Positions 37,985 through 47,468 of a DNA stretch of 64,000 nt are shown here, piece by piece. The notes under the pieces were generated by a model. The model made no database searches. It saw only the letters and a program-made list of their open reading frames with translations, and was not told the origin of the DNA. The position numbers and the translations under genes were made by a program. Every line of letters begins with the position of its first letter. The stretch's first letter is position 1. The DNA is from Persephonella sp. (GTDB lineage Bacteria > Aquificota > Aquificia > Aquificales > Hydrogenothermaceae). The stretch is from contig JALSNI010000078.1 of assembly GCA_026987075.1 (NCBI GenBank), positions 506-64,505 of the forward strand. Direction: 5' to 3'.

Positions 37985-38807
37985 CATTCTATATAAACAC
38001 AGATTTTTAATAGGTAGAAGGATTGTTCAGATTTCCATACTACTCCTTTATATAGCTGGCAACCTTTACGGCTGGAAAATTCTGCAGGGAAATCTGAGCT
38101 CATCAAGAATTTTTGACGTTATTCCTATGGCAGACCCGTATGCTGTTCTTCAGCTATTTGTTGCTGGAAGTCTTCTCGCAACAGATGTGCTCATTGGAGC
38201 CTTGATTGTTTTGCTGTTCTATTCTCTTATTGGTGGAAGGGCTTTTTGCAGCTGGGTATGTCCAATCAACATGGTTACAGACTTTGCAAACTGGCTCAGA
38301 ATGAAGACAGGACTGCACAGAGAAGAGTGGCAGCTGAGAATATCCAGAAAAACAAGATACTGGGTGCTGGGGCTCAGTCTGGTAGTTTCCTTTATTATTG
38401 CTGCACCTGCATTTGAGTTTATCAGTCCCATATCTATGCTCCACAGAGGTCTTATTTTTGGTATGGGATTTGGCTGGGTTGCTGTTGGTGGAGTATTCCT
38501 GTTTGACCTGTTTGTTACGAAAAACGGCTGGTGTGGACATGTGTGTCCTTTAGGGGGTTTTTATTCCCTGATAACAAAGCCTTCTGCCATAAGGGTTAAA
38601 CATGATGCTGATAAGTGTACTTTATGCATGAACTGTAAAAATGTATGTCCAGAGAAGCAGGTTTTATGGATGATAGGTAAAGAGAGTGTCATCGTTTCGT
38701 CGGGGGAATGCATAAACTGTGGAAGATGCATAGAAGTGTGTAACGATGATGCTCTTAACTTTAGCTTTAGATACAAACCACAAAAGGAGGAGAAGGAAGA
38801 TGCTTAA
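37974..38807 (+). CDS. napH: Membrane quinol dehydrogenase subunit NapH
   Basis: Four TM helices with CSWVCP and CGHVCP motifs, and C-terminal 2x[4Fe-4S] (CTLCMNCKNVCP, CINCGRCIEVC). Confidence 0.9.
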   Translation: MKNNILYKHRFLIGRRIVQISILLLYIAGNLYGWKILQGNLSSSRIFDVIPMADPYAVLQLFVAGSLLATDVLIGALIVLLFYSLIGGRAFCSWVCPINMVTDFANWLRMKTGLHREEWQLRISRKTRYWVLGLSLVVSFIIAAPAFEFISPISMLHRGLIFGMGFGWVAVGGVFLFDLFVTKNGWCGHVCPLGGFYSLITKPSAIRVKHDADKCTLCMNCKNVCPEKQVLWMIGKESVIVSSGECINCGRCIEVCNDDALNFSFRYKPQKEEKEDA

Positions 38808-39360
38808 GAAAAGATTAATAGGAGCATTAGTAATCCCGGCAGTGGGAATTTCTATAGTTCTAACATCATGTCAACCAGGAGGAACAGCTTCGACTGGAAA
38901 GGCTATTTCCTCTGAAGAACTTTCTTACAGGAAAGCACCATTAACTGTGAATACAGCCCCACCTCCTGTTGAGTTTCCAAAAGCACCTCCAGGAAAAGCA
39001 AAAAGATTTACCAGGGCTTATGAAAATGCACCACCTATGATTCCCCATAGTGTTGAAGGGCTTTTACCTATAACCAAGGACAACAATGCATGTTTAGGCT
39101 GTCATGACCCAAAAGTGGCAAAGAGTGTGGGAGCTACGCCTGTATCACCAACCCACTTTATTGATTTCTTCCAGCTGATAAAAGGAAAAGTTGTAAAACT
39201 GAACAAACTTGACCCTGCAAGATGGAACTGCACCCAGTGTCATGCTCCACAGGCCAATGCAAAACCTCTTGTCAAGAATACATTCAAACCTGATTACAGA
39301 AACCCAGAAACAAAGAAAAGGACAATACTTTACAAAAACGTTATGGAAGGAGTTTATTAA
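38800..39360 (+). CDS. napB: Diheme cytochrome c NapB
   Basis: The ATG at 38800 (MLKKRLIG..., after GGAGGAGAAGGAAG) gives a signal peptide. Two heme motifs are present, CLGCHD and CTQCHA. The ORF-track start at 38746 is an upstream extension inside napH. Confidence 0.9.
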   Translation: MLKKRLIGALVIPAVGISIVLTSCQPGGTASTGKAISSEELSYRKAPLTVNTAPPPVEFPKAPPGKAKRFTRAYENAPPMIPHSVEGLLPITKDNNACLGCHDPKVAKSVGATPVSPTHFIDFFQLIKGKVVKLNKLDPARWNCTQCHAPQANAKPLVKNTFKPDYRNPETKKRTILYKNVMEGVY

Positions 39361-39908
39361 TGTCCAAAAAAATGGACAGGAGGGGCTTTTTGAAAGCCCT
39401 TCCTTTTATTCCTAAAGCAGCAGTAGAAGAGATTAAAAATCCTTCTGAAGAAGAGGTGAGGGATATTATAAGGCCTCCCTATATCTCTGAAAGCTCAGAC
39501 TTTACAAAATGCGCAGAGTGCAGTGGAGAATGTGTAGCAGTATGTGAAGAAAGGATACTTTTTAGACTAAAAGATGGTTCTCCCCATGTGGTTTACGGGG
39601 AAAAGGGATGCACTTTTTGCGGAAAGTGTGCAGAAATTTGTGAATATGATGTTTTATCAAAAGAAAATCCAGCAAGAATAAACGTAGAGGTAAGAATAAA
39701 CATAAATAAATGTATGGCGTGGAATGGAGTAATGTGTTTTTCCTGTAAGGAACCCTGTTTAGACAATGCTATTAGGTTTGAAGGGCTATTTAAACCCCAG
39801 ATTATTCCAGATGTATGCACAGGATGTGGTTTTTGCACGAATGTCTGTCCTTCAGGAGCTATAGAAGTCTTTCCAGTGGAGACAGGAGAAAATGAAAAAA
39901 CTTCTTAG
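39360..39908 (+). CDS. napF: Ferredoxin-type protein NapF
   Basis: N-terminal MDRRGFLKAL and multiple 4Fe-4S motifs (CAECSGECVAVC, CTFCGKCAEIC, CFSCKEPC, CTGCGFCTNVCP). TAATG overlap with napB. Confidence 0.8.
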   Translation: MSKKMDRRGFLKALPFIPKAAVEEIKNPSEEEVRDIIRPPYISESSDFTKCAECSGECVAVCEERILFRLKDGSPHVVYGEKGCTFCGKCAEICEYDVLSKENPARINVEVRININKCMAWNGVMCFSCKEPCLDNAIRFEGLFKPQIIPDVCTGCGFCTNVCPSGAIEVFPVETGENEKTS

Positions 39909-40863
39909 CCTATCTGCTCTATTTTTTGTTTTTGTAATAAGAGCCTATTCAGTTACTCCTGAACTTGTTAACACTTTTAAGGTAGATGGAGCAGTTAGCG
40001 AGCTCAGATACTTTGATGGAAAGATTTTTGTAGCTACTGAGAGGGGAAAAGTTAAAGTTATAGAGCTTAAGACGGGAAAAACTCTTCTTGAAATTAAGTA
40101 TCCTGAGTTTGAAGATTTTACAGGTGAATTACAGCTTCCAAAGGTTTTTTCAGTAGATGTATCTCCAGATAGAAAGAAAATTGTTGCTGTGGTTCAAGCA
40201 AGCAGAGGAGGTAGAGAAGTTTACATATACTCAGGAAAAAAACTCAAGAAGATTGTTGACAGGAAGAAACACCTCCAGATAACAAGAGTGAGATTTATAG
40301 ACAACAATCATCTACTTTTTGGTCTTGGAGGGGATGAGCTTGTCCTGTTCCAGATAGATAAAAAGAAAATTTTATACAGAAATCCTGTTGGTATGTCCTT
40401 TTTTTCTGATATGGAGATTAACGAGAACAGAACAAAAGTCGCAGTAGTTGATGAGAGTGGTGATACGAGAATCGCAGACATAAAAACAGGAAAAGTGATA
40501 AAAGTTATTGAAGAGCTAAACAAAGACAAAGCCTTTGATGTTGATTTCAAAAGTGACAGGATAATAACAGGAGGAAGGGATAAAAAGGCTGTATTTTACA
40601 ATCTAAAAACTGACCAGTATAGAATAATGAATGCAGATGACTTTATGGTCTTCTCTGTTGCCCTCAGTCCATCAGGAAAAAAAGGTGCCTATCTATACAA
40701 TGATAAGTTTGATGTTCGTATCTTTGACACAGAAACAGGAGATATTATTTCTGTTCTGAAAGGCCACAGAGCTACACCTTCAAACATACTGTTTATTGAT
40801 GAGAATCAATTAATAATTGGTTGTGATGACGGAAAATTATATATATGGAGGTTAAAAGGATGA
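39892..40863 (+). CDS. napL: Periplasmic beta-propeller protein NapL
   Basis: Signal peptide, then repeated WD/beta-propeller-like blades. Its position between napF and napD matches the Campylobacterota napAGHBFLD layout. Confidence 0.65.
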   Translation: MKKLLSLSALFFVFVIRAYSVTPELVNTFKVDGAVSELRYFDGKIFVATERGKVKVIELKTGKTLLEIKYPEFEDFTGELQLPKVFSVDVSPDRKKIVAVVQASRGGREVYIYSGKKLKKIVDRKKHLQITRVRFIDNNHLLFGLGGDELVLFQIDKKKILYRNPVGMSFFSDMEINENRTKVAVVDESGDTRIADIKTGKVIKVIEELNKDKAFDVDFKSDRIITGGRDKKAVFYNLKTDQYRIMNADDFMVFSVALSPSGKKGAYLYNDKFDVRIFDTETGDIISVLKGHRATPSNILFIDENQLIIGCDDGKLYIWRLKG

Positions 40864-41216
40864 ATATCTCAAGTGCAGTTGTTGTTACAGAACCTGAGCA
40901 TCTTCAGGAAGTTCTTCAGTCTTTAGAAGAAAGTGGTCTGTGTGAAGTTTACTTTCACGATGATAAAAGCGGAAAGATAGTGATTATCATTGAGGGGGAA
41001 GATGTAAACGAAGAGACATTTAAGCTAAAGCAGATACAGATGCTTCCCCACGTGCTGTCTGCAAACATGGTCTATTCATACTCTGAAGAAGAGTGGGAAT
41101 CAGCTGCCGAATATCTCCAGAAACTCAGTAACGATGTTCCAGAGATACTAAACGATGAAAACGTCAGAGCTGAAGACATTGTTTATAAAGGACACATAAA
41201 GGGTTACATCAGTTAG
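40860..41216 (+). CDS. napD: NapA chaperone NapD
   Basis: MNISSAVVVTEPEHLQEVLQSLEESGLCEVYFHDDKSGKIVIIIEGED follows the NapD pattern. The ATG at 40860 follows GGAGG. Confidence 0.75.
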   Translation: MNISSAVVVTEPEHLQEVLQSLEESGLCEVYFHDDKSGKIVIIIEGEDVNEETFKLKQIQMLPHVLSANMVYSYSEEEWESAAEYLQKLSNDVPEILNDENVRAEDIVYKGHIKGYIS

Positions 41217-41226
41217 AGGGGAGGCT

Positions 41227-41763
41227 ATGGATAAAACGTTTGATATGTTCTGGGAAACGGAAGTTCCAGAAAACGAGCTGATTATATCAAGAACAGACCT
41301 TAAAGGGATAATAACTTACGTTAATGAAACTTTTGCGAAGATATCAGGATACTCTCCAGAAGAGCTTATAGGAAAACCCCACAACATCATCAGACATCCT
41401 GACATGCCAAAATCTGTTTTTAAAGAGCTGTGGGAGACGATAAAACAGGGAAAAACCTGGAGAGGTTACGTAAAAAATCTTAGAAAAGACAGGGGATACT
41501 ACTGGGTTTATGCCGAGATTTCAGGAGTATACAGAGATGGACAGCTTGTTGAATACAAGTCTATGAGAGCTCCTGTATCTGGGGAAAAGAAAAAGCAGAT
41601 GCAGGATTTATACGACAAAATGAGAGAAGAGGAAGGAGGGCCTGTAAGGGTTGTGATGTATTTAGAAAAAGAGGTTTACGACAGATTAGAGCAACTCTCA
41701 CAGGAGCTGGGAATTTCTGGAGAAGAAGTTATAAAAAAACTTCTGTCTGAAGTAAAGACATAA
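41227..41763 (+). CDS. Stand-alone Aer-like PAS (probable FAD-binding) protein with RHH-like C-terminal tail
   Basis: ISRTDLKGIITYVNETFAKISGYSPEELIGKPHNIIRHPDMPKSVFKELWETIKQGKTWRGYVKNLRKDRGYYWVYAEI is very close to the E. coli Aer PAS core as I recall it (HNLVRHPDMP...W.G.VKNRRK.G..YWV). The C-terminal RVVMYLEKEVYDRLEQLSQELGISGEEVIKKLL has a strand-helix-helix pattern. Confidence 0.8.
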   Translation: MDKTFDMFWETEVPENELIISRTDLKGIITYVNETFAKISGYSPEELIGKPHNIIRHPDMPKSVFKELWETIKQGKTWRGYVKNLRKDRGYYWVYAEISGVYRDGQLVEYKSMRAPVSGEKKKQMQDLYDKMREEEGGPVRVVMYLEKEVYDRLEQLSQELGISGEEVIKKLLSEVKT

Positions 41764-41782
41764 ATTCAAGGAGGTTTGGACA

Positions 41783-43060
41783 ATGAAAGGGAAAGTGTTA
41801 AGTCTGGGAGCAGCAGCATTACTGGCAGGGGGAGCGTTTCTGCTGAGTGGTCAGACAAGTAGCTCAAACGCTCAGGACCTGCTTGGTGTCTCATTTATTG
41901 ACAATGTAAAGCCTTATTTAGAATTCAGGCCAAGGTATGAGTATGTAGATCAGGAGAAAACTGGTAAGAAAGATGCAAATGCCCTGACCATCAGAACAAA
42001 AATTGGGGTTAAGATTGGAACTGTTTTGGGAGTAAACGGACTGTCAGCTGTGCTTGAAGCCATTGACGTGTCAGCACTTGTTGATGATTATGCTCCTCAA
42101 AAATCAAATTATGAAACTGTGAAAGACCCTGCCAACACCAGAATAACACAGGCTTACGTTGCTTACTCTTTAGGTAACTACACCTTTGTTGCAGGTAGAA
42201 AATACGTGATTATTGACGACCACAGATTTATAGGAACTATTGGATGGAGACAGATGCCCCAGTCTTTTGGTGTTTTAGCAGTAGCAGGAAAACCTCTACC
42301 AGGACTGGACTTTTTACTGGCAGGAATCTATGAGAGAAAGTTTATTGTTGACGGCGGAAATATGGACTGGAAATTAGACAAAATGCCTATTGTCTTAGAC
42401 GTAAACTACAAAGTCATTCCTCAACTGAGGGTAAAAGGTTTTGCATATCTTCTGACAGACATTCACAACACATACGGTGTGAAGGCCTCTGGAGCTGTTG
42501 ACCTTGGAGGAGTAAAAGTTTCATACCTTGGTGAGTATGCAAAACAGACAGACCCATATCAGAAGGATAATAAATCAGCAAAACCAGACATTGATACAGA
42601 CTACTACAGACTGAAAGTCGGCGCTTCATCAATGGGATTCTTTGGAAACATAATGTATACATACTTTGGGTACAAAAAAGCTGGAAAAAATGCAGGATTT
42701 TCTGTTCCACTGGCAACAAACCACAAGTTTGATGGATGGGCAGACGTTTTACTTGCAGGTGCTGCAGGTGGATTTGACTATGGTATGAAAGAGTGGTGCA
42801 TATCTGCAGGTTACAAAAATCCTGCAATAGGAAAACTTATGATTGCATACCTGAAGTTTGATTCAGATAAGGATCCGGGAATTGGAAAAAGCATAGGTTC
42901 AGAAATAGATGCACTGTATGCTAAAAAGCTGACAAAAAGACTGTCATTCCTTGCAAAAGCAGCGTGGTATAACGCAGATAATGGATATTATACAAAAGGA
43001 AATCTAAAAGGAACTAATGACGTAACAAAATACTGGCTGCAGCTTGATTACAGGTATTAA
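41783..43060 (+). CDS. Outer-membrane beta-barrel porin (Campylobacter MOMP-like)
   Basis: Signal peptide, alternating amphipathic strands and a C-terminal aromatic residue (..WLQLDYRY). The 425-aa size and the RPRYEY / RITQAYVAYS motifs recall MOMP-type porins. Confidence 0.55.
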   Translation: MKGKVLSLGAAALLAGGAFLLSGQTSSSNAQDLLGVSFIDNVKPYLEFRPRYEYVDQEKTGKKDANALTIRTKIGVKIGTVLGVNGLSAVLEAIDVSALVDDYAPQKSNYETVKDPANTRITQAYVAYSLGNYTFVAGRKYVIIDDHRFIGTIGWRQMPQSFGVLAVAGKPLPGLDFLLAGIYERKFIVDGGNMDWKLDKMPIVLDVNYKVIPQLRVKGFAYLLTDIHNTYGVKASGAVDLGGVKVSYLGEYAKQTDPYQKDNKSAKPDIDTDYYRLKVGASSMGFFGNIMYTYFGYKKAGKNAGFSVPLATNHKFDGWADVLLAGAAGGFDYGMKEWCISAGYKNPAIGKLMIAYLKFDSDKDPGIGKSIGSEIDALYAKKLTKRLSFLAKAAWYNADNGYYTKGNLKGTNDVTKYWLQLDYRY

Positions 43061-43088
43061 TTCTATAAACTTTTAAAGGAGGGTAATT

Positions 43089-44732
43089 ATGAGGGTTACA
43101 AAACTTACAGGTAAACTGGTAGGAGCTGCCCTTGTAACAGGGATATTAGCACTATCAGTAAACACCTCAAAAGCTGAGTCTTCGCCTCCACCTATAACAA
43201 AGGAGGAGATGAAAAAAGCTGCAAAGATTTACTTTGACAGATGTGCAGGATGTCACGGGATGCTAAGAAAGGGAGCTACAGGACCAGCTCTAACACCAGA
43301 CAGAACAAGAAAACTTGGAACAGAAGCTCTTGAAGCATTCATTTACAATGGAACACTTGGAGGAATGCCTGACTGGGGTAAACAGGGAATACTTAGCAAA
43401 GAAGAGATTAACCTTCTGGCAAGATATCTCCAACATGAGCCTCCACCACCCCCAGAGCTTTCAATGCAGCAGATGAAAGCATCCTGGAAGGTTTATATGC
43501 CTGTTGAAGACAGACCAACAAGACCCCAGCACAACCTGAATTGGAAAAACTTCTTTGGAGTAATACTGAGAGATGTAGGTAAGGTCGCAATAGTAGATGG
43601 GGATACTAAAAAGCTTGTAAATATCGTAGATACAGGATTTGCTGTTCATATTCTCAGGTCTTCAGCTTCTGGAAGATACATGTATTCTATAGGTAGAGAC
43701 GGAAAAGCAACAGTTATAGACCTGTGGTTAGCAAAACCTGATAAAGTTGCTGAGGTTAAAGTCTGTTATGATGCCCGTTCAATTGACACAAGCAAGTATC
43801 ATGGCTATGAAGACAAATATGCAGTTGTGGGATGTTACTGGCCACCATCTTTTGTTGTATTAGATGGTATGACGTTAGAGCCTAAAAAAATCGTTTCAAC
43901 AAGCTCATATTACTATGACACACAGGAGTTTGTAAGAGAAGCAAGGGTTGCATCAATTGTTTCTTCCCACTACGACCCTATATGGGTGCTGAATATAAAA
44001 GAAGCTGGACAGGTATGGCTTGTTGATTACTCTAAAGTTGACAAGGGAACTATAAAGATAGATATGATTGATGCTGAGAGATACTTACACGATGGAGGAT
44101 GGGACCTGTCTAAAAGATACTTCCTTGTTGCTGCTAATATGAGAAATAAGATTGTTGTAGTTGATACGAAAGATAAAGAGCTTGAAGCTATTGTCAAAGT
44201 TGGAACAAAACCTCACCCTGGTAGAGGTGCAAACATAAACCATCCTAAATATGGCCCAATTTGGTGCACAGGACATATCGGTGAAAACAGAATTGCATGT
44301 ATAGGAACAGACCCTAAAGGTCATCCTCAGTATGCATGGAAGGTTGTTAAATGGATTAAAATGCCTGGTGAAGGTGGAGGTAACCTGTTTATCAAAACAC
44401 ATCCAAAATCTAAATACCTGATTGCTGATAGACCTCTCAACCCAGACCCACAGCTTAAAAGAAGTATATTTGTGTTTGACAAAAACACATTTGAGCTTGT
44501 TAAGACACTTAAAGTGCCAGCAAAATACAAAAATATCAGGGCAGTTCATGAAGAGTTCAATAAAGATGGTTCAGAGTTCTGGATTTCTGTATGGGGTAAA
44601 AAAGACCAGCCAACAGCTATCTTAGTATATGATGCAAAAACTCTGAAGTTGAAAAAAGAGATAACCGGAGATTGGATAAGAACACCTACTGGTAAATTTA
44701 ACGTTTATAACACTATGAAGGACATATACTAA
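43089..44732 (+). CDS. nirS: Cytochrome cd1 nitrite reductase NirS
   Basis: Signal peptide, heme c motif CAGCHG with a GGMPDWG Met ligand region, then an eight-bladed d1 propeller-sized domain. 547 aa. Confidence 0.95.
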   Translation: MRVTKLTGKLVGAALVTGILALSVNTSKAESSPPPITKEEMKKAAKIYFDRCAGCHGMLRKGATGPALTPDRTRKLGTEALEAFIYNGTLGGMPDWGKQGILSKEEINLLARYLQHEPPPPPELSMQQMKASWKVYMPVEDRPTRPQHNLNWKNFFGVILRDVGKVAIVDGDTKKLVNIVDTGFAVHILRSSASGRYMYSIGRDGKATVIDLWLAKPDKVAEVKVCYDARSIDTSKYHGYEDKYAVVGCYWPPSFVVLDGMTLEPKKIVSTSSYYYDTQEFVREARVASIVSSHYDPIWVLNIKEAGQVWLVDYSKVDKGTIKIDMIDAERYLHDGGWDLSKRYFLVAANMRNKIVVVDTKDKELEAIVKVGTKPHPGRGANINHPKYGPIWCTGHIGENRIACIGTDPKGHPQYAWKVVKWIKMPGEGGGNLFIKTHPKSKYLIADRPLNPDPQLKRSIFVFDKNTFELVKTLKVPAKYKNIRAVHEEFNKDGSEFWISVWGKKDQPTAILVYDAKTLKLKKEITGDWIRTPTGKFNVYNTMKDIY

Positions 44733-46396
44733 TGAAGAAAATAGTCCTGCTGCCGCTAACCCTCCTGATTGTATTTGGTGCCTTTGCAGGGGAGTTGGCA
44801 AATGGGAGCCAGCTGTACCAAAAACACTGTGCCTCTTGTCACGGGGTGGACAGAGCCGGTACAGTGGCTCCCCCTCTTCTACCATTATTTTTAAGAAAAT
44901 ATTCGGAAAAAAAACTGATTTATATCATCAAAAATGGACTGCCTGCAACACAGATGCCATCTTTTCCTCAACTTTCTGAGGAAGAGATTAGGTCAATTAT
45001 ATCTTATATAAGAAAGCCTGCAAAGATAGAATGGTCGGAAGAAAAAATAGTTAAGTCCGTTCAGATAAATAATGCTCCTGAAAAAAAGCTTCCTGTAAAA
45101 AATATTAAGAATATTGTAGCTGTTGTTGAACGGGGACATCAGAAAGTATGGATAATGGAAGGAACAAAGATTTTAGATAAATTTACTTTCAAAAATGTTC
45201 ACGGAGGCCTAAAGTTTTCTCCGTCAGGGGAAAGAATATATATACCATCAAGGGACGGATGGATAGGAAGATACGACATAGACAGAGGAAAGTTTTACGG
45301 AAAGGTCAGGGCGTGTGTTTATCTGAGAAACATATCCCTTGACAGAAGAGGGAAGTATATTTTAGCATCCTGCTGGCTTCCCAAAAGTATAATTGTCCTT
45401 GACGCAGAGAGCTTTAAGCCTGTAAAAGTTATAAAACAAGAAGGCCTGATATCTGCAGTATACGAGCTTTACTCAAAAGACGAGGCAGTTTTTTCTTTTA
45501 GAGATAAGCCATTTATAGGTTTTATGAATACTAAAAATTTCAGCATAAAGTACAAAAAGATAAAAGAGCCTTACGAAGACTTTTTTATAGACCCATTTGA
45601 AAATTACATAGTAGGAACCTCAAGAAAAGGAACTTTACTTACTGTTTATCAGATAAATAATGGAAAGGAGATATTTTCATATTCCATAGAAGGCATGCCC
45701 CATCTTGCATCAGCAACATTCTGGTATAAAAATGGCAAGTTTTACTTTGCCACTCCCCACATAGGAAAACCTTATGTTACCATCTGGCAGATGTATAACT
45801 GGAAGTTTATTAGGAAAGTTAACATAAAAGGAAATGGCTTTTTTGTCAGAACCCATCCAGCAACGCCATATCTGTGGACAGATAATGGGGGAGATAAAAT
45901 TGTTCTGATTGATAAAGACAGTTACAGGGTTAAAACATTAGAGACCCAAAAAGGAAAAAGAGTAATACACACAGAGTTTTCAGGAGATGGTAATTTAGCA
46001 TATGTAAGCCTTTACAACAGAGACGGAGCACTGCTGATTTACGACAGCATCACATTAAAACTGATAAAAAAAATCCCAGCCAGCGTCCCTATAGGTAAGT
46101 ACAACATAATAAACAAGTCCAGAAAGTATGCTCCTGTTTTGCTGGGCAGGGAAGTCTTTATGTTAAAATGCTGGGGATGTCATCACCAAACACAGGAAGC
46201 CTTTGCTCCCTCTTTCAGATGGATTGTGAATCACAGGGACAAGAATATAATAATATCCCACATAATGAACCCTGAAGCTACATACAAACAGTTAGGATAT
46301 GAAAGAAATGCAATGCCTAAATTAAATTTATCTAAAGAGGAGTTAGATGCTGTCCTTTCCTACATGATGGAGTTTAAAGATGCTGAGGATAACTGA
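44732..46396 (+). CDS. nirN: NirN-like cd1-family protein with cytochrome c domains at both ends
   Basis: N-terminal CASCHG cytochrome c domain and a propeller region. An extra C-terminal monoheme domain of about 95 aa is present (KCWGCHH ... NAMPKL). Confidence 0.75.
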   Translation: MKKIVLLPLTLLIVFGAFAGELANGSQLYQKHCASCHGVDRAGTVAPPLLPLFLRKYSEKKLIYIIKNGLPATQMPSFPQLSEEEIRSIISYIRKPAKIEWSEEKIVKSVQINNAPEKKLPVKNIKNIVAVVERGHQKVWIMEGTKILDKFTFKNVHGGLKFSPSGERIYIPSRDGWIGRYDIDRGKFYGKVRACVYLRNISLDRRGKYILASCWLPKSIIVLDAESFKPVKVIKQEGLISAVYELYSKDEAVFSFRDKPFIGFMNTKNFSIKYKKIKEPYEDFFIDPFENYIVGTSRKGTLLTVYQINNGKEIFSYSIEGMPHLASATFWYKNGKFYFATPHIGKPYVTIWQMYNWKFIRKVNIKGNGFFVRTHPATPYLWTDNGGDKIVLIDKDSYRVKTLETQKGKRVIHTEFSGDGNLAYVSLYNRDGALLIYDSITLKLIKKIPASVPIGKYNIINKSRKYAPVLLGREVFMLKCWGCHHQTQEAFAPSFRWIVNHRDKNIIISHIMNPEATYKQLGYERNAMPKLNLSKEELDAVLSYMMEFKDAEDN

Positions 46397-47468
46397 ATAC
46401 ATAAAAAAAACATTAAATGGAGAAAAGATAAAACCTTTTCCTGGAGTTATCCTTATATGGAACCTGACCAATGCCTGTAATCTTTTCTGTAAACACTGCT
46501 ACTCTGCAGCAAACAGTTCAAGGGCAGGAGAACCTGAAATAGACACAATAAAAGAGCAGATTCCTTACCTGAAAAAAGCCAATGTTAAGTATCTGATTTT
46601 GTCTGGAGGGGAACCACTAATAAGGGAAGACATATTTGATATAGCACAGCTATTTAACAAAAATGGCTTTATCACGACACTTTCAACCAATGGTCTTTTA
46701 ATCACAGAAGACAACATAAATCAGATAAAAAAGCAGTTTTCTTATGTTGGTATAAGTATAGATGGAGATGAGGAAACTCACGATAGATTCAGAGGGATGA
46801 GAGGTGCTTTTAGAAAAAGCCTTGATGCTATCAGGCTTGTAAGAGATATAGGCGTGAAGGTTGGAATGAGATTTACCATAACATCAGAAACATATCAGTC
46901 TATACCATTTATTTTTGAGCTGGCAGAAAAAGAAAAAATACCAAAAATCTATTTTTCCCATCTTGTTTACTCTGGAAGGGGAAGGAATTTAAATCAGGCA
47001 GAAAAAAAGCAATATAGGAAAATTGTTCAGCAGATAATAGACAAGGCCTTTGAGTATGTGGAAAAAGGAGTTCCCATAGACATAGTAACAGGAAATAACG
47101 AAGCAGACGCAGTGCTGTTTTATCAGATGTTTAAAGAAAGGTATCCAGAAAAGGCAGAGCTGCTATACGAAAACCTGAGAATATGGGGAGGAAATCAGGC
47201 AGGTGTCAGGATAGCAGACATAGATTACAGAGGAAATGTAAAACCTGATACATACTTTCAGTATAAATTAGGGAATATATACGAAAAAGATTTTTACCAG
47301 ATATGGAGTTCCAACGGAATACTGTCCAAGCTCCGTCAACATCCCAGACCTGTAAAGGGCAGATGTGGAGAGTGTGAATTTATTGACATATGTAATGGAA
47401 ATTCCCGTTCCAGAGCCTATGCTGTATATGGTGATTACTTTGGGGAGGACCCAGAATGTTATATCTGA
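46380..47468 (+). CDS. nirJ: Radical SAM heme d1 biosynthesis protein NirJ
   Basis: CNLFCKHCY (CxxxCxxC) and a C-terminal SPASM-like Cys cluster CGECEFIDICNG. It lies within the nir operon. Confidence 0.85.
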   Translation: MLRITEYIKKTLNGEKIKPFPGVILIWNLTNACNLFCKHCYSAANSSRAGEPEIDTIKEQIPYLKKANVKYLILSGGEPLIREDIFDIAQLFNKNGFITTLSTNGLLITEDNINQIKKQFSYVGISIDGDEETHDRFRGMRGAFRKSLDAIRLVRDIGVKVGMRFTITSETYQSIPFIFELAEKEKIPKIYFSHLVYSGRGRNLNQAEKKQYRKIVQQIIDKAFEYVEKGVPIDIVTGNNEADAVLFYQMFKERYPEKAELLYENLRIWGGNQAGVRIADIDYRGNVKPDTYFQYKLGNIYEKDFYQIWSSNGILSKLRQHPRPVKGRCGECEFIDICNGNSRSRAYAVYGDYFGEDPECYI

